Origin: a virus
IMG/VR virus record: IMGVR_UViG_3300042484_001802
Reading direction: 5' to 3' (one strand)
Length of the DNA stretch: 64,000 nucleotides
A model generated the notes under the pieces. That model was not told the DNA's origin. It saw only the letters and a list, made by a program, of their open reading frames with translations, and searched no databases. Positions 19,245 through 30,100 of this stretch are shown piece by piece; within the stretch, counting starts at the first letter, position 1; each line of letters opens with the position of its first letter. The translations under genes were made by a program, and so were the position numbers.

Positions 19245-19769
19245 ATGGAAAACAAATGGTATGTGTTAAAAGTAACACCAGGAAAAGAAAGACAAATGAA
19301 TGAAAATTTTAATACGTTAATCGCATTAGATAGAATGGGTTACGTAAATAGATTCATATGCCCAATGGAAAAGGAGTTTGTTGTATTAAGAAAAAAGAAG
19401 GTTTTAAGGGATAAAATATTGTATAGCGGATATCTTTATTTTGAAACACCAAGAGAATTAAACGATAATGAATTAAAAGAAATCTCAAGCCATCCTTTTG
19501 TTATGTCTATGTTAGGGGATAAGAAACCTAGATTGATGGGTAGACACGATATTGGTAAAATTATTAAAGATGAGATGTTAAATGAACATAAGTATGTAAA
19601 ATCAATTACCTTTGTAGCGGGTGAGGATGTTGTACTAACAGACGGACCATTTGCTTCATTCAACGGTACCATTATGGAAATTAAAGGTGACAAAGTGGAA
19701 TTGCAAGTTAAAATTTTTGGTCGCTTAACACCTGTAACAATAGACATTCAAAATATTAAAAAGATATGA
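19245..19769 (+). CDS. nusG: Transcription termination/antitermination factor NusG
   Basis: NGN domain KWYVLKVTPGKE...YSGYLY; KOW domain GEDVVLTDGPFASFNGTI...VKIFGRLTPV. Confidence 0.9.
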   Translation: MENKWYVLKVTPGKERQMNENFNTLIALDRMGYVNRFICPMEKEFVVLRKKKVLRDKILYSGYLYFETPRELNDNELKEISSHPFVMSMLGDKKPRLMGRHDIGKIIKDEMLNEHKYVKSITFVAGEDVVLTDGPFASFNGTIMEIKGDKVELQVKIFGRLTPVTIDIQNIKKI

Positions 19770-20059
19770 GTAACCCAGAAGTTTTAATATATGTAGAACG
19801 CATTAAACATTTCCTTAAAATAAATGAAGATGCTAGAAACTATTTCATTGTTAATGGTAATGAAGATAAATTTTTCACCCAACTATCAAACATTTCAGAA
19901 AAAAATTTTAAAAAGAACGGAGAACCAGAATTGACAAAAGAGCAAATGGAATCCTTGCGTTTAAACGTTGTATTAGAAACTGTGGACGAAAGGCCGAAGT
20001 ATAGACAAGAAGGAATCTATTTTATTTTTAACGATTATCCACCAACTTCATTGAATTAG
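19766..20059 (+). CDS. Hypothetical protein
   Basis: ORF track. Confidence 0.6.
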   Translation: MSNPEVLIYVERIKHFLKINEDARNYFIVNGNEDKFFTQLSNISEKNFKKNGEPELTKEQMESLRLNVVLETVDERPKYRQEGIYFIFNDYPPTSLN

Positions 20060-20095
20060 GTTTCACTTTTCACTTTTTTTACGTATCTTTAATTT

Positions 20096-21160
20096 ATGAG
20101 AAAATTTCCAGTAGAACTAAAAATATACGAGACAACATATGGTACTGATATACCATCAGAACAATTATTTTTACTTTATTTTGATTCTGTGGTCTCAAAA
20201 GAGACGGGTAAAGAATATTATAACCCATTTGTTTTCACGCACTTTACGGAGAATGGTTTTGAAATTGAATGTCGTAATGTTAGAAATCGTAGACATGACA
20301 CCTATAATGATAATCTTTTAGTACACAAGGAAAAAGAGATTATGATTAAGATTTCTAGCTGTTCAGAAAAAGATCCTGACTTATACCAAATAGAGTTTTT
20401 TTACAATATTAAAAAGGGTAAAAGGGATGAGCAATTCTCTTTTTTAGATTTGAAAAAATACGAAAAGAAAAAAATTAAAGCAAACATTTCGTTGGTTAAA
20501 AGTGAGATGGGACATTTAGAAACGCAAGATTATGATTTACCAATACCAGATATTGATTTGGGATTAAACTACGGTAAAGATTTCTTAAAGGTTCACGATG
20601 TTATTATTGAAAAACTAAATAAACCAAGAGGTAAGGGTATTATTTTATTACACGGTGAGCCAGGTACTGGAAAAACATCTTATCTAAAGTACATTACCAA
20701 GTTAATAACCGAAAAGGATATTTTATTTATTCCGCCATCATTAGCTGAAGCATTATCTGAACCATCAATCATACCATTCTTAATGGAACATCGTGACAGT
20801 ATTTTAGTAATTGAAGATGCTGAACGTGTAATCTCAGATAGAGAGGGTAATGGTTCTCCGGCCGGTGTGTCTAATGTTTTAAACATAACAGACGGTATTT
20901 TGGGTGATTGTTTGAACATCCAAATAATTGCAACGTTTAACATGAAAAGAGAACGTATTGACCAAGCATTACTAAGAAAAGGTAGATTAATTGCTGAACA
21001 TAAATTTGAGAAACTAGCAATTGAGGATACAAACAATTTATTAAAGCATCTAAAAAAAGATATTGTTTCAGAAGAAGCAATGACACTTGCGGATATATAT
21101 AATATAGACATTGAACTTATCAAATCAACAAATAAAAATACAAGTAAAATAGGATTTTAA
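20096..21160 (+). CDS. AAA+ ATPase
   Basis: Walker A GEPGTGKT, Walker B LVIEDAE, SRH IDQALLRKGRL, C-terminal IGF. Confidence 0.9.
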   Translation: MRKFPVELKIYETTYGTDIPSEQLFLLYFDSVVSKETGKEYYNPFVFTHFTENGFEIECRNVRNRRHDTYNDNLLVHKEKEIMIKISSCSEKDPDLYQIEFFYNIKKGKRDEQFSFLDLKKYEKKKIKANISLVKSEMGHLETQDYDLPIPDIDLGLNYGKDFLKVHDVIIEKLNKPRGKGIILLHGEPGTGKTSYLKYITKLITEKDILFIPPSLAEALSEPSIIPFLMEHRDSILVIEDAERVISDREGNGSPAGVSNVLNITDGILGDCLNIQIIATFNMKRERIDQALLRKGRLIAEHKFEKLAIEDTNNLLKHLKKDIVSEEAMTLADIYNIDIELIKSTNKNTSKIGF

Positions 21161-21466
21161 ATGAAATTAATAACAGCAGAACAATTAAAAACAAAATTAA
21201 ATAACGGGGAAAAATTACTAGTGGACTTTTACGCTGAATGGTGTGGACCCTGCAAGTCGTTAATGCCTAGATTAGAAAAATTAGAACAAGAATTTTCACA
21301 TATTCAATTTGTTAAAATAGATGTTGACCAAAATCAATCGTATATGGCGGAGAGTGGTATTAGGTCTGTCCCAACAGTTAAAATTTATGATGGTGAAACG
21401 TTAATCAATCAATCTGCTGGGGCAAATCCAGATAAGTTTTATATAGAACATTTGGAAAAACTTTAA
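21161..21466 (+). CDS. trxA: Thioredoxin
   Basis: DFYAEWCGPCK, IRSVPT. Confidence 0.92.
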   Translation: MKLITAEQLKTKLNNGEKLLVDFYAEWCGPCKSLMPRLEKLEQEFSHIQFVKIDVDQNQSYMAESGIRSVPTVKIYDGETLINQSAGANPDKFYIEHLEKL

Positions 21467-21468
21467 TT

Positions 21469-21741
21469 ATGTATACAGTTAATATTTTTACATTAAATGG
21501 GTGTAGTCACTGCGTTGAATTAAAAAAAATGTTAAAGGAAAATAATATCACATTTAACGAACTTGAAATTTCACAACATAAATCAACTTTTGATGAGATT
21601 GTTAAATTAACTGGTAAAAACTCATTACCAACAACATATTTACAAAATCCTGAAACAGGTGCCGGACCAATTTTTGTTCCTGGGAGAGATTATCAGAGCA
21701 AAGAAGAACTGCTAGAAAAGATACTAAAATACATTAATTAA
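21469..21741 (+). CDS. Glutaredoxin-like protein
   Basis: GCSHC active site and SLPT cis-Pro loop. Confidence 0.8.
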   Translation: MYTVNIFTLNGCSHCVELKKMLKENNITFNELEISQHKSTFDEIVKLTGKNSLPTTYLQNPETGAGPIFVPGRDYQSKEELLEKILKYIN

Positions 21742-21753
21742 GATTATTTTAAT

Positions 21754-21780
21754 AAAGGGGATGAAAAATCCCCTTTTTTT
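21754..21780 (+). terminator. Rho-independent terminator ending the metabolic block
   Basis: AAAGGGGAT-gaaaa-ATCCCC followed by T7. Confidence 0.85.
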
Positions 21781-21802
21781 ATGTCAAGAAACATAATAAA
21801 AG

Positions 21803-21809
21803 TATTTAT
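21803..21809 (+). promoter_or_regulatory. Candidate phage late-promoter motif TATTTAT
   Basis: Recurs on the sense strand before many gene starts (7123, 8075, 11232, 15286, 19234, 21803, 22634, 25546, 27129, 31021, 32504, 57045; minus strand 6316-6322 and 9933-9939). Confidence 0.5.
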
Positions 21810-21829
21810 GTTAAAGTACCTAGACATAA

Positions 21830-22621
21830 ATGGCTTTACAACAGATAAATTGGTTACAAATTGATACAGCAAACGTCCCATCGGGGTCGATTGTTGATTT
21901 GGGGGCTATCTCCGGAGCATTGCATGCGGTTTACGCAGATAATTTATATATTTCAGGGCAAACGTTAGCCGAAGTCATTGCTGGATCAGGAACTGACGAA
22001 TTAAATTTATATACAGCATCATTAAAAAGCGCTATTGAACTTACTGGTTCAAATGTCACAATCAAGGGTGACTTATTGGTTAAAGGTACAACTACAGCGA
22101 TACAGTCAAACACTGTTAGTATAGGTGATAACATCATTGAATTAAATGGTTCAGCAGCTACTTTTGGTGGTTTATTGATAAAAGACCCAACTGCGCCAAA
22201 TACTATCTCAGGTTCATTATTATGGGACACTGTAAATGACCAATGGATTGCAGGCCCTGAAGGGTTTGAGGAAGCGATAATATTACAAGGTGATTATGAC
22301 GCTTTTTCTAGTTCAGTCGCAATAGCAATCAATGAAAGCGGTATTTGGAGACCAACCGGCTCATTTTATGCAACAACAAACGATTTAGAATTAACTGGTT
22401 CGTTAACAATTAAGGGTAATTTAAGAGTTGAGGGTACAACTACGTTAATTCAAACCACTGATCCTAATAGAGAATCTTTAATTGTATCCGGGGCAATGAA
22501 TATCGTTAAAAATCAAATAAATTCACAAGTTATTTCCGCATCATTAGCAATACAAGGACTAGGTAGGTTAGCTGACGCTAATCAGTTTGCAATTTTTGAT
22601 TGTGGTGATGGATTTTTCTAA
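21830..22621 (+). CDS. Tail fibre-related structural protein
   Basis: G/S/T-rich beta repeats (LTGSLTIKGNLRVEGTT); IGDNIIELN...LLWD module shared with neighbouring fibres. Confidence 0.7.
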   Translation: MALQQINWLQIDTANVPSGSIVDLGAISGALHAVYADNLYISGQTLAEVIAGSGTDELNLYTASLKSAIELTGSNVTIKGDLLVKGTTTAIQSNTVSIGDNIIELNGSAATFGGLLIKDPTAPNTISGSLLWDTVNDQWIAGPEGFEEAIILQGDYDAFSSSVAIAINESGIWRPTGSFYATTNDLELTGSLTIKGNLRVEGTTTLIQTTDPNRESLIVSGAMNIVKNQINSQVISASLAIQGLGRLADANQFAIFDCGDGFF

Positions 22622-22662
22622 TTAAAAATAAAGTATTTATATAAAACAACTAAAATTAAAAA

Positions 22663-25401
22663 ATGGCACAAATAATTAAACACAGAAGGGGTAGCGTCAC
22701 ACAACTGAAAGATGTTACAGCTAGAATAGGTGAACTGGTTATGGCCACCGGATCAATCGGTGACTTAAACGGACCTTTCCTATTTGTAGGTGAAACAGAA
22801 GGTGCAGCAGGTGCTTACCGCCCAACTTCAAAAATTTATCAGGGTTCAGCCGCCCCAACATTAACTGTTGGTTCACATGGTTCGGTACTTGATGGAACAC
22901 CATTTTATGCGTCAGGAAATGAATCATTGTACGTATTAAGTAAAGACGGTAACAGTAGATTAGATTTAACAGGTAACATCGAAGGAAATTTAATTTCTGG
23001 TGTAACAATTAACAATTTAACTGGTAGTAACGCGAATTACACAAACCTAACGGGAAACACGTTTACTAGTACAAATGGTAATATAACATCACTTACTGGT
23101 AGTAACGCGAATTACACGAATCTAACAGGAAACACGTTTACTAGTTTTAATTCTAATATTACATCACTTACAGGTAGTAACGCTAATATTTCAAATATTA
23201 CTGGAACTACACTTACAAGTACAAATGGTAATATAACATCACTTACTGGTAGTAACGCATTTGTTACAAATATAACTGGTGGAACTTTAACAGTTACAGG
23301 TACAACTAATTTAAATGGTGATCTTTTAATTAGCGGTAATACCATCCAAACAGGATCAATAGATTTAACGGGTAACATCGTTTTAGGTGGTAACATTACA
23401 ATTGGTGATCAAACAACAGATATTATCCAATTTGGTGGTGAAGTTAGTTCTTCAATTATACCAATTGTGGATAATTCGTTTGATTTAGGTTCAACGAATA
23501 AAAACTGGAGAAATTTACACGTAAGTGGAACTGCATATATCAATACTTTAGAAGCACAACAAGTTAATTTTAATAACTTAGGAATCTTAACTGACTTAGT
23601 TGTAAGTGGTAGCACTTATTTAGGTAATGGTGGTGACGTAACCGTTATTAGTGGTTCATTATATAATGATCAATTGACTGAAAAGAGAATGGTTGTTGTG
23701 GGTGCTGATGGTTTATTAACTGATTATAGTGGTTTAACATTTGATAACGGTAATTTAAATTTATCTGGTGCTCTTGAAGTAACAAACATTCAAGGTACCG
23801 GTTCATTATATCTAAAGGCAGATAAAAATGATTCAAGACATTTTGAGATTTATAATACATCAACAGTTGACACACACATTAAATCTAATGGTGGGTTAAG
23901 TTTCTTTGGTGATGACATAAATTACTTAAAAATAGATGACTCATTACAAACAGCAACAATTGTTGGTGTAAATGGTGTAATTGTTAGTTCTTCATTACAA
24001 GTAACTGGTTCAGTGTTCACTGACAAAATTTTAGGTACTGGTTCACTTTATTTACAACCCGATCAAATCGACGGAAGATATTTTGAAATTTATAACACAG
24101 GCGCAAGTGATGTACACATTAAATCTAGTAATGGTTTAAGTTTCTTTGGTGACGACACCAATTACTTAATGATTAATGATAGTGCACAAACAGCAACAAT
24201 TGTTGGTGTAAACGGTGTGTTTATTAGTTCATCATTAAATGTTACAGGTTCAACAACTTTAAATTCAACATTAGAAGTTAAAGGAGCAGCAGGACTTAAC
24301 TCAACTTTGGATGTTACAGGTTCAGCAATTTTAAAATCAACATTAGAAGTTCAAGGGGCAACAGGACTTAACTCAACTTTGGATGTAACAGGTTCAGCAA
24401 TTTTAAAATCAACATTACAGGTTGATTCAACATCAGAACTTAAAGGTGCTGTAGGTATGAACTCAAGTTTGGATGTAACAGGTTCAGCTCAATTTAAATC
24501 CACAATTAATGTTGATGGTGAAGCAACTTTATCATCTGCAACAGTTGAAGATTTAACACAGGATAGAATTGTTACAGTAGGTGTGGGCGGTTCATTAATT
24601 GACAGTTCAGGATTTACATATAATGGCACTCTTTTCAAAATTGGAAATGGTCAATTTGAGGTAGACACAAATGATGGCGATATTAGAACATCAGGTTCAT
24701 TAACTGTTAATGGTGGGCAAACAATTAATGGTAACACCACAATAAATGGTGTACTAACAGTAACAGGTAACACACAATTACAAGCAAACCTATATGTTTC
24801 AGGTAACTTAGAAGTTTTAGGATCAGCTACAGAAGTACACATTCAATCACAAACAATTGAATTAGATGATAATATAATTAGATTAAACGCATATTCACCT
24901 TTTGAAAGATATGCCGGATTTGAAGTTATCGATTCAGGTTCTTCTGGTGTTTCAGCATCTTTGGTATGGGATTCATTAAATGATTATTGGATGTTTGTTT
25001 CTGCTAGTGGTCAATCAAGTAAATTACTTGGTACAACTGCGGGAACTTATGGTTCTGAAACAAGTTTAACTAGTGGTACAATCCCTAAAGCAACTGGTTC
25101 TAATACAATCGGTGATAGTTCATTAACAGATGATGGTACAACATTAAGTTATAATACAAATAAATTCCAAGTAACATCAACAAACGGAAATACTTTAATT
25201 GCTGGTAACGTTACATTATCTTACTCAGGTGGAACCGATAACGGATCTAAAACATCTGCGATTGTTTTCAAAAACGGTTCGAATGTACTTGGTTACGTTT
25301 CAACAACTGTTGTTACAGAAGTAACTGATGGTTTATTAGGTTACAAAGTATCTAATGGTGCACTAGTATTCTCCGACTTAATTGACGGTGGTTCGTATTA
25401 A
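22663..25401 (+). CDS. Long tail fibre protein with internal repeats
   Basis: N-terminal IKHRRG...GEL fibre-attachment motif; 25-aa, about 80-aa and 12/24-aa internal repeats; C-terminal IDGGSY. Confidence 0.8.
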   Translation: MAQIIKHRRGSVTQLKDVTARIGELVMATGSIGDLNGPFLFVGETEGAAGAYRPTSKIYQGSAAPTLTVGSHGSVLDGTPFYASGNESLYVLSKDGNSRLDLTGNIEGNLISGVTINNLTGSNANYTNLTGNTFTSTNGNITSLTGSNANYTNLTGNTFTSFNSNITSLTGSNANISNITGTTLTSTNGNITSLTGSNAFVTNITGGTLTVTGTTNLNGDLLISGNTIQTGSIDLTGNIVLGGNITIGDQTTDIIQFGGEVSSSIIPIVDNSFDLGSTNKNWRNLHVSGTAYINTLEAQQVNFNNLGILTDLVVSGSTYLGNGGDVTVISGSLYNDQLTEKRMVVVGADGLLTDYSGLTFDNGNLNLSGALEVTNIQGTGSLYLKADKNDSRHFEIYNTSTVDTHIKSNGGLSFFGDDINYLKIDDSLQTATIVGVNGVIVSSSLQVTGSVFTDKILGTGSLYLQPDQIDGRYFEIYNTGASDVHIKSSNGLSFFGDDTNYLMINDSAQTATIVGVNGVFISSSLNVTGSTTLNSTLEVKGAAGLNSTLDVTGSAILKSTLEVQGATGLNSTLDVTGSAILKSTLQVDSTSELKGAVGMNSSLDVTGSAQFKSTINVDGEATLSSATVEDLTQDRIVTVGVGGSLIDSSGFTYNGTLFKIGNGQFEVDTNDGDIRTSGSLTVNGGQTINGNTTINGVLTVTGNTQLQANLYVSGNLEVLGSATEVHIQSQTIELDDNIIRLNAYSPFERYAGFEVIDSGSSGVSASLVWDSLNDYWMFVSASGQSSKLLGTTAGTYGSETSLTSGTIPKATGSNTIGDSSLTDDGTTLSYNTNKFQVTSTNGNTLIAGNVTLSYSGGTDNGSKTSAIVFKNGSNVLGYVSTTVVTEVTDGLLGYKVSNGALVFSDLIDGGSY

Positions 25402-25420
25402 CATAGAATTTCAATAATAC

Positions 25421-25452
25421 AAAAGGGAGAGTTTAATACTCTCCCTTTTTTT
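25421..25452 (+). terminator. Rho-independent terminator
   Basis: AAAAGGGAGAGT-ttaat-ACTCTCCC followed by T7. Confidence 0.85.
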
Positions 25453-25618
25453 GTTTATATAGTTTATTCAGCTTCAATCATTTTTAATATGAGCTAAGTA
25501 AGATAATTTTTCTTGGATTTCGTTTATTTAATCCTAATTTTTATGTATTTATAAGAAGACCTACATAGGTCTAATTAACCGTGGTACATACCACAAAACA
25601 TAGGAGAGAACCATATAT

Positions 25619-27088
25619 ATGGCACAAATAGTAAAACTGCGTAGGAGTAGTGTATCCGGTCAAAAACCCACTAACTCGAATTTACAATTGGGAGAATTAG
25701 CATTAAACACTACTGACGGTAAGGTTTATATGGCTAAATCTGGTTCTCTCGGGCCATCGGTTGAGGAATTAATTTTAACAAACACGGTTAATACAGGTTC
25801 AATACATCTTACTGGAGCTGTAACAGCGTCAAACTTTTCAGGTTCATTTATTGGTAATGCTAGCGGATTAACAACAGTACCATTTCACATATCTGGTTCA
25901 GATATTAGTGGAACAACAGTAAATAAAACATTTACAAAGTTACAATTTGATGATAGTACTGGATTAAATGTTGAAGAAACAGATCCAGGCACAGCATTCG
26001 TTTCAATCGGTTCACACTTCAAAGACATATTTGTGTCTGGTTCATCAATATTAAGAGCAACAGGTTCTGATGCTTTTGAAATTATTCCGGCAGGTGGGAT
26101 TGAAATTACAACATCAACTAGTGATACTAATGGTAATGGTTATGTTAAAGAATTAAACATTAGCGCGACATCATTATCGTCATCACTAAATGATAGAATT
26201 GATATTATAACTGGTTCGATTACTAGTTTATCATCATCTATCATCACAACATTAGATATTATAACAGGTTCCGTTGATTCTTTAAATTTATTCACATCAA
26301 GTGTAGTTTTAACAAGTGAAACAGGATCAATGACCGTGTTAAGTTCATCATATGCCTTAACTGCTTCATTTGCGTTAAATGCTGGAGGTGGTGCCGAAGG
26401 TAGGACAGCTAAACTAACACAATCATCACCTGCAACAACTTGGACATTTAACCACAATTTAGGAGAACAATACCCAGAAGTTACTGTTTATGACAGTTTA
26501 GGTTATGTGGTTATTCCTACCAATATATTGGCATACAGTAATAACCAAATGATTATCACATTCTCAAGTGCACAATCTGGTACGGTTACAGCAACAGTTG
26601 GTGGTGGTTTGCCGGAAATTAGTGCGAGTTATGCTGGTTATGTATTATCAAATAATGGGACAGTACCTTCTTGGAAATCTGGAATCGTTAGTGGTTCATT
26701 ACAAATAACTGAATTTGGTTATGCAATTACTGGTTCAAACACATTTACAGCTAATCAAACAATTAATGGAACCTTAACCATTAACAACGCAAAAATAGGA
26801 ACAACTTGTGTGTCTTTAGCGTCAACAACGACTGTTTTAAATTTAAGCACATTTGATGGTGTGAATATAGATTATGTTATCAAAAAAAGTGGTAATATGC
26901 GAGCAGGTAATGTTATGGGTGTATGGAATGGAAGCACTGTAAAATATAGTGAAACGTCAACAATGGATATTGGAGATACTAGCGAATTTACATTTACAAT
27001 TAACAATACTGGGGCTGTTACAGCCAATTTCACAACTGGAACTTGGGTTGTTGAAATATTTTATAGAGCGATTGGCGGGTGCTCTTAA
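25619..27088 (+). CDS. Tail fibre/structural protein
   Basis: MAQIVKLRRS...LGELALNTTDGKVY N-terminus paralogous to 22663; WTFNHNLG motif. Confidence 0.75.
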   Translation: MAQIVKLRRSSVSGQKPTNSNLQLGELALNTTDGKVYMAKSGSLGPSVEELILTNTVNTGSIHLTGAVTASNFSGSFIGNASGLTTVPFHISGSDISGTTVNKTFTKLQFDDSTGLNVEETDPGTAFVSIGSHFKDIFVSGSSILRATGSDAFEIIPAGGIEITTSTSDTNGNGYVKELNISATSLSSSLNDRIDIITGSITSLSSSIITTLDIITGSVDSLNLFTSSVVLTSETGSMTVLSSSYALTASFALNAGGGAEGRTAKLTQSSPATTWTFNHNLGEQYPEVTVYDSLGYVVIPTNILAYSNNQMIITFSSAQSGTVTATVGGGLPEISASYAGYVLSNNGTVPSWKSGIVSGSLQITEFGYAITGSNTFTANQTINGTLTINNAKIGTTCVSLASTTTVLNLSTFDGVNIDYVIKKSGNMRAGNVMGVWNGSTVKYSETSTMDIGDTSEFTFTINNTGAVTANFTTGTWVVEIFYRAIGGCS

Positions 27089-27171
27089 AATTAATTATTT
27101 AATACCCATTTAATTCGTTTAAAATTAGTATTTATTAGTAACACATTAGTGGAAAGTGAAACTAATAGATT

Positions 27172-30100
27172 ATGGCAAACGAATTTAAAATTAAGAACGG
27201 ACTTGTTGTGTCCGGATCAGCAGAAATTGAAAATAATTTAATCGTACGTGGTACCTTAACAGCGGATTTGGTAAACATCTCTCTTGTTAGTTCATCAGTA
27301 CTATATGAAAGTGGTTCAACCAAATTTGGTAACACTTCAGACGATTTTCATGAATTTACAGGTTCATTATCTATTAGCGGTTCGTTAAATATTAACGGAA
27401 CATCTTATACTTCAGCAACAAGCGGAACATCAGGTACTTCTGGTTCATCAGGAACTAGTGGTTCATCAGGAACTGCCGGCTCTAGTGGTACGTCAGGCAC
27501 ATCTGGTAGTTCAGGAACTGCTGGTACTTCGGGTTCTAGTGGCTCAAGCGGAACATCAGGAAGTTCTGGGTCTTCCGGAACAAGTGGAACCTCAGGTACG
27601 TCTGGGTCTTCTGGTTCGAGTGGTACTTCAGGTACGAGTGGGTCTTCAGGAAGTTCTGGTTCGTCAGGAACGAGTGGTACATCTGGCACTAGTGGAACGT
27701 CAGGTTCTTCTGGTAGTTCGGGGTCAAGCGGAACTTCAGGTTCTTCGGGTTCGTCTGGAACATCTGGAAGTTCAGGTTCTAGTGGAACGGCTGGCACTAG
27801 TGGTACATCAGGTTCTTCAGGTAGTTCTGGAACAAGTGGTAGTTCAGGGTCAAGTGGTACGTCTGGGACGAGTGGCACATCCGGGTCTTCAGGATCTAGT
27901 GGTACATCAGGTAGTTCAGGTTCATCTGGAACAAGTGGCACTTCAGGTACGTCAGGGTCTTCTGGTTCTAGTGGTACATCAGGGTCTTCTGGTAGCTCAG
28001 GAACGTCAGGTTCTAGTGGTACTAGTGGTAGTTCAGGTTCTAGTGGAACATCAGGTTCTTCAGGTAGTTCTGGAACAAGTGGAACTTCTGGTACATCGGG
28101 ATCAAGTGGATCTAGTGGAACATCGGGATCAAGTGGATCTAGTGGAACATCAGGTTCTTCGGGTTCAAGTGGTACCAGTGGTACATCTGGCTCTAGTGGA
28201 TCTAGCGGTACTGTAACAATGACTGGAACACAAGATAACGGTATCTTAACACTTAATGGTTCCTCACCAAATGCTACAGTTGAAAGTAATCTAAGATTTG
28301 ATGGCTCATTACTAACGGTTGTCGGCAATGAAACTATATCAGGTTCATTAATTGTTACAAACGACTTTACAGTATTAGGTTCTTCTTCAATATTATATGT
28401 AACATCATCACAACTTAGAATTGCAGATAATATTATCACAGTTAACACTTCAAATCCAGGCGCCAGATTTGGTGGTTTAGAGGTATTTGATTCTGGTTCA
28501 ATTAATAATGCCACCGGATCAATTCTTTGGGATTCTGTTAATAACAGATGGATATATCAAAATTCAAGTGATGCTGGTTATGGTGGGGGTATGTTTTTAT
28601 CTGGACCACGTAGTTCAGGGTCTTTAGGGTCTGAATTATCGTTAACAAGTGGTAAAATAGCAAAATCGGCAGGTGGTGACCATCTTAACGATTCAAATAT
28701 AACTGATACGGGTACTTTAGTATCAATAAATTCAAATACAGAAATAACAGGTACGTTAAGAGTAACTTCAAATTTATTTATTAACGGAACTTCATATACT
28801 GCTGCTACTTCAGGTACTTCGGGTACATCAGGTTCAAGTGGTACGTCTGGAACATCCGGTTCATCGGGAACTGCGGGTTCATCTGGAACATCAGGTAGTT
28901 CAGGGTCATCTGGTACATCAGGTTCTTCAGGTTCAAGTGGAACATCGGGCACTAGTGGAACATCAGGTAGTTCAGGTTCAAGTGGAACATCTGGGTCTTC
29001 TGGTAGTTCAGGAACGTCTGGAACAAGTGGAACATCCGGTTCTAATGGTTCTAGTGGAACTTCAGGTAGTTCTGGATCATCAGGTACTAGTGGTACTTCA
29101 GGTTCGTCAGGTAGTTCAGGGTCAAGCGGAACGTCTGGGTCTTCTGGTTCTAGTGGTACATCGGGTTCTAGTGGAACGTCGGGTTCTTCAGGTTCAAGTG
29201 GTAGTTCGGGATCAAACGGGTCAAGCGGTACTTCAGGTTCTAGTGGTTCTAGCGGCACATCGGGCAGTTCAGGTTCTTCTGGTTCGTCAGGCACTTCTGG
29301 ATCTAGTGGGTCTTCAGGTAGCTCAGGATCTAGTGGTTCATCAGGTTCATCAGGAAGTTCTGGGTCTTCTGGAACATCTGGTTCTAGCGGGTCTTCTGGG
29401 ACATCTGGTTCTAGTGGTAGTTCTGGCTCATCTGGATCTAGTGGTTCATCAGGAAGTTCTGGTTCGTCAGGTACTTCAGGTTCTAGTGGGTCTTCTGGAA
29501 GTTCTGGATCTAGTGGTTCATCAGGTTCATCAGGTTCATCAGGAAGTTCTGGTTCATCAGGCGCTGCGACAATTAATAGTAACGTAAACGATTATGTTTT
29601 AACAGCAACAGGTACCGCCGGACTAATTCAAGGTGAATCAAATTTAACATTTGATGGTTCAACATTATCAACGAGTAACGTTACCGCTACTGGTACGTAT
29701 AATACAAATGCGTCATCAAGTAGAAACAAATATAACGTTTATTCAACGGGTGCAAGTCCTTACGCTATTGGTATGCAATCAGCAATCACTTATGGTGGTT
29801 TAAATGACTGGGGAATGACCTTCCAATTTAACAACGACAGCGGCAGAGGATTCTGGTGGGGTGACGAAGGACATTCAACAGCACAAGGTGCTATGGCATT
29901 AACTACTGACGGTAGATTAACAGTGGCAAATGATGTTAGAATCGGTTATGGTGAATCTGACGTCACAACACCAACACTACCATTACAAGTATATGGTTCT
30001 GGTGGAACAATTGTTGATATTCAAGGTTCTAGTGGGCAGTTATTCTCGGTAACAGATGATTTAACTGGTGACATATTCTCTATTTCAGATATATCAGGTA

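Noticed and set aside
27421-29562. Possible CRISPR array or satellite DNA
   Set aside because: Period is 9 nt with synonymous variation and no unique spacers; it is a protein-coding repeat.
27405-29587. Long alternative-frame and antisense ORFs (27405-28514 -, 27458-28216 +, 28578-29294 -, 28838-29587 +) with PEVP/LVVQ repeats
   Set aside because: Shadows of the stop-poor SG[ST] coding repeat; they coincide with the repeat tracts.
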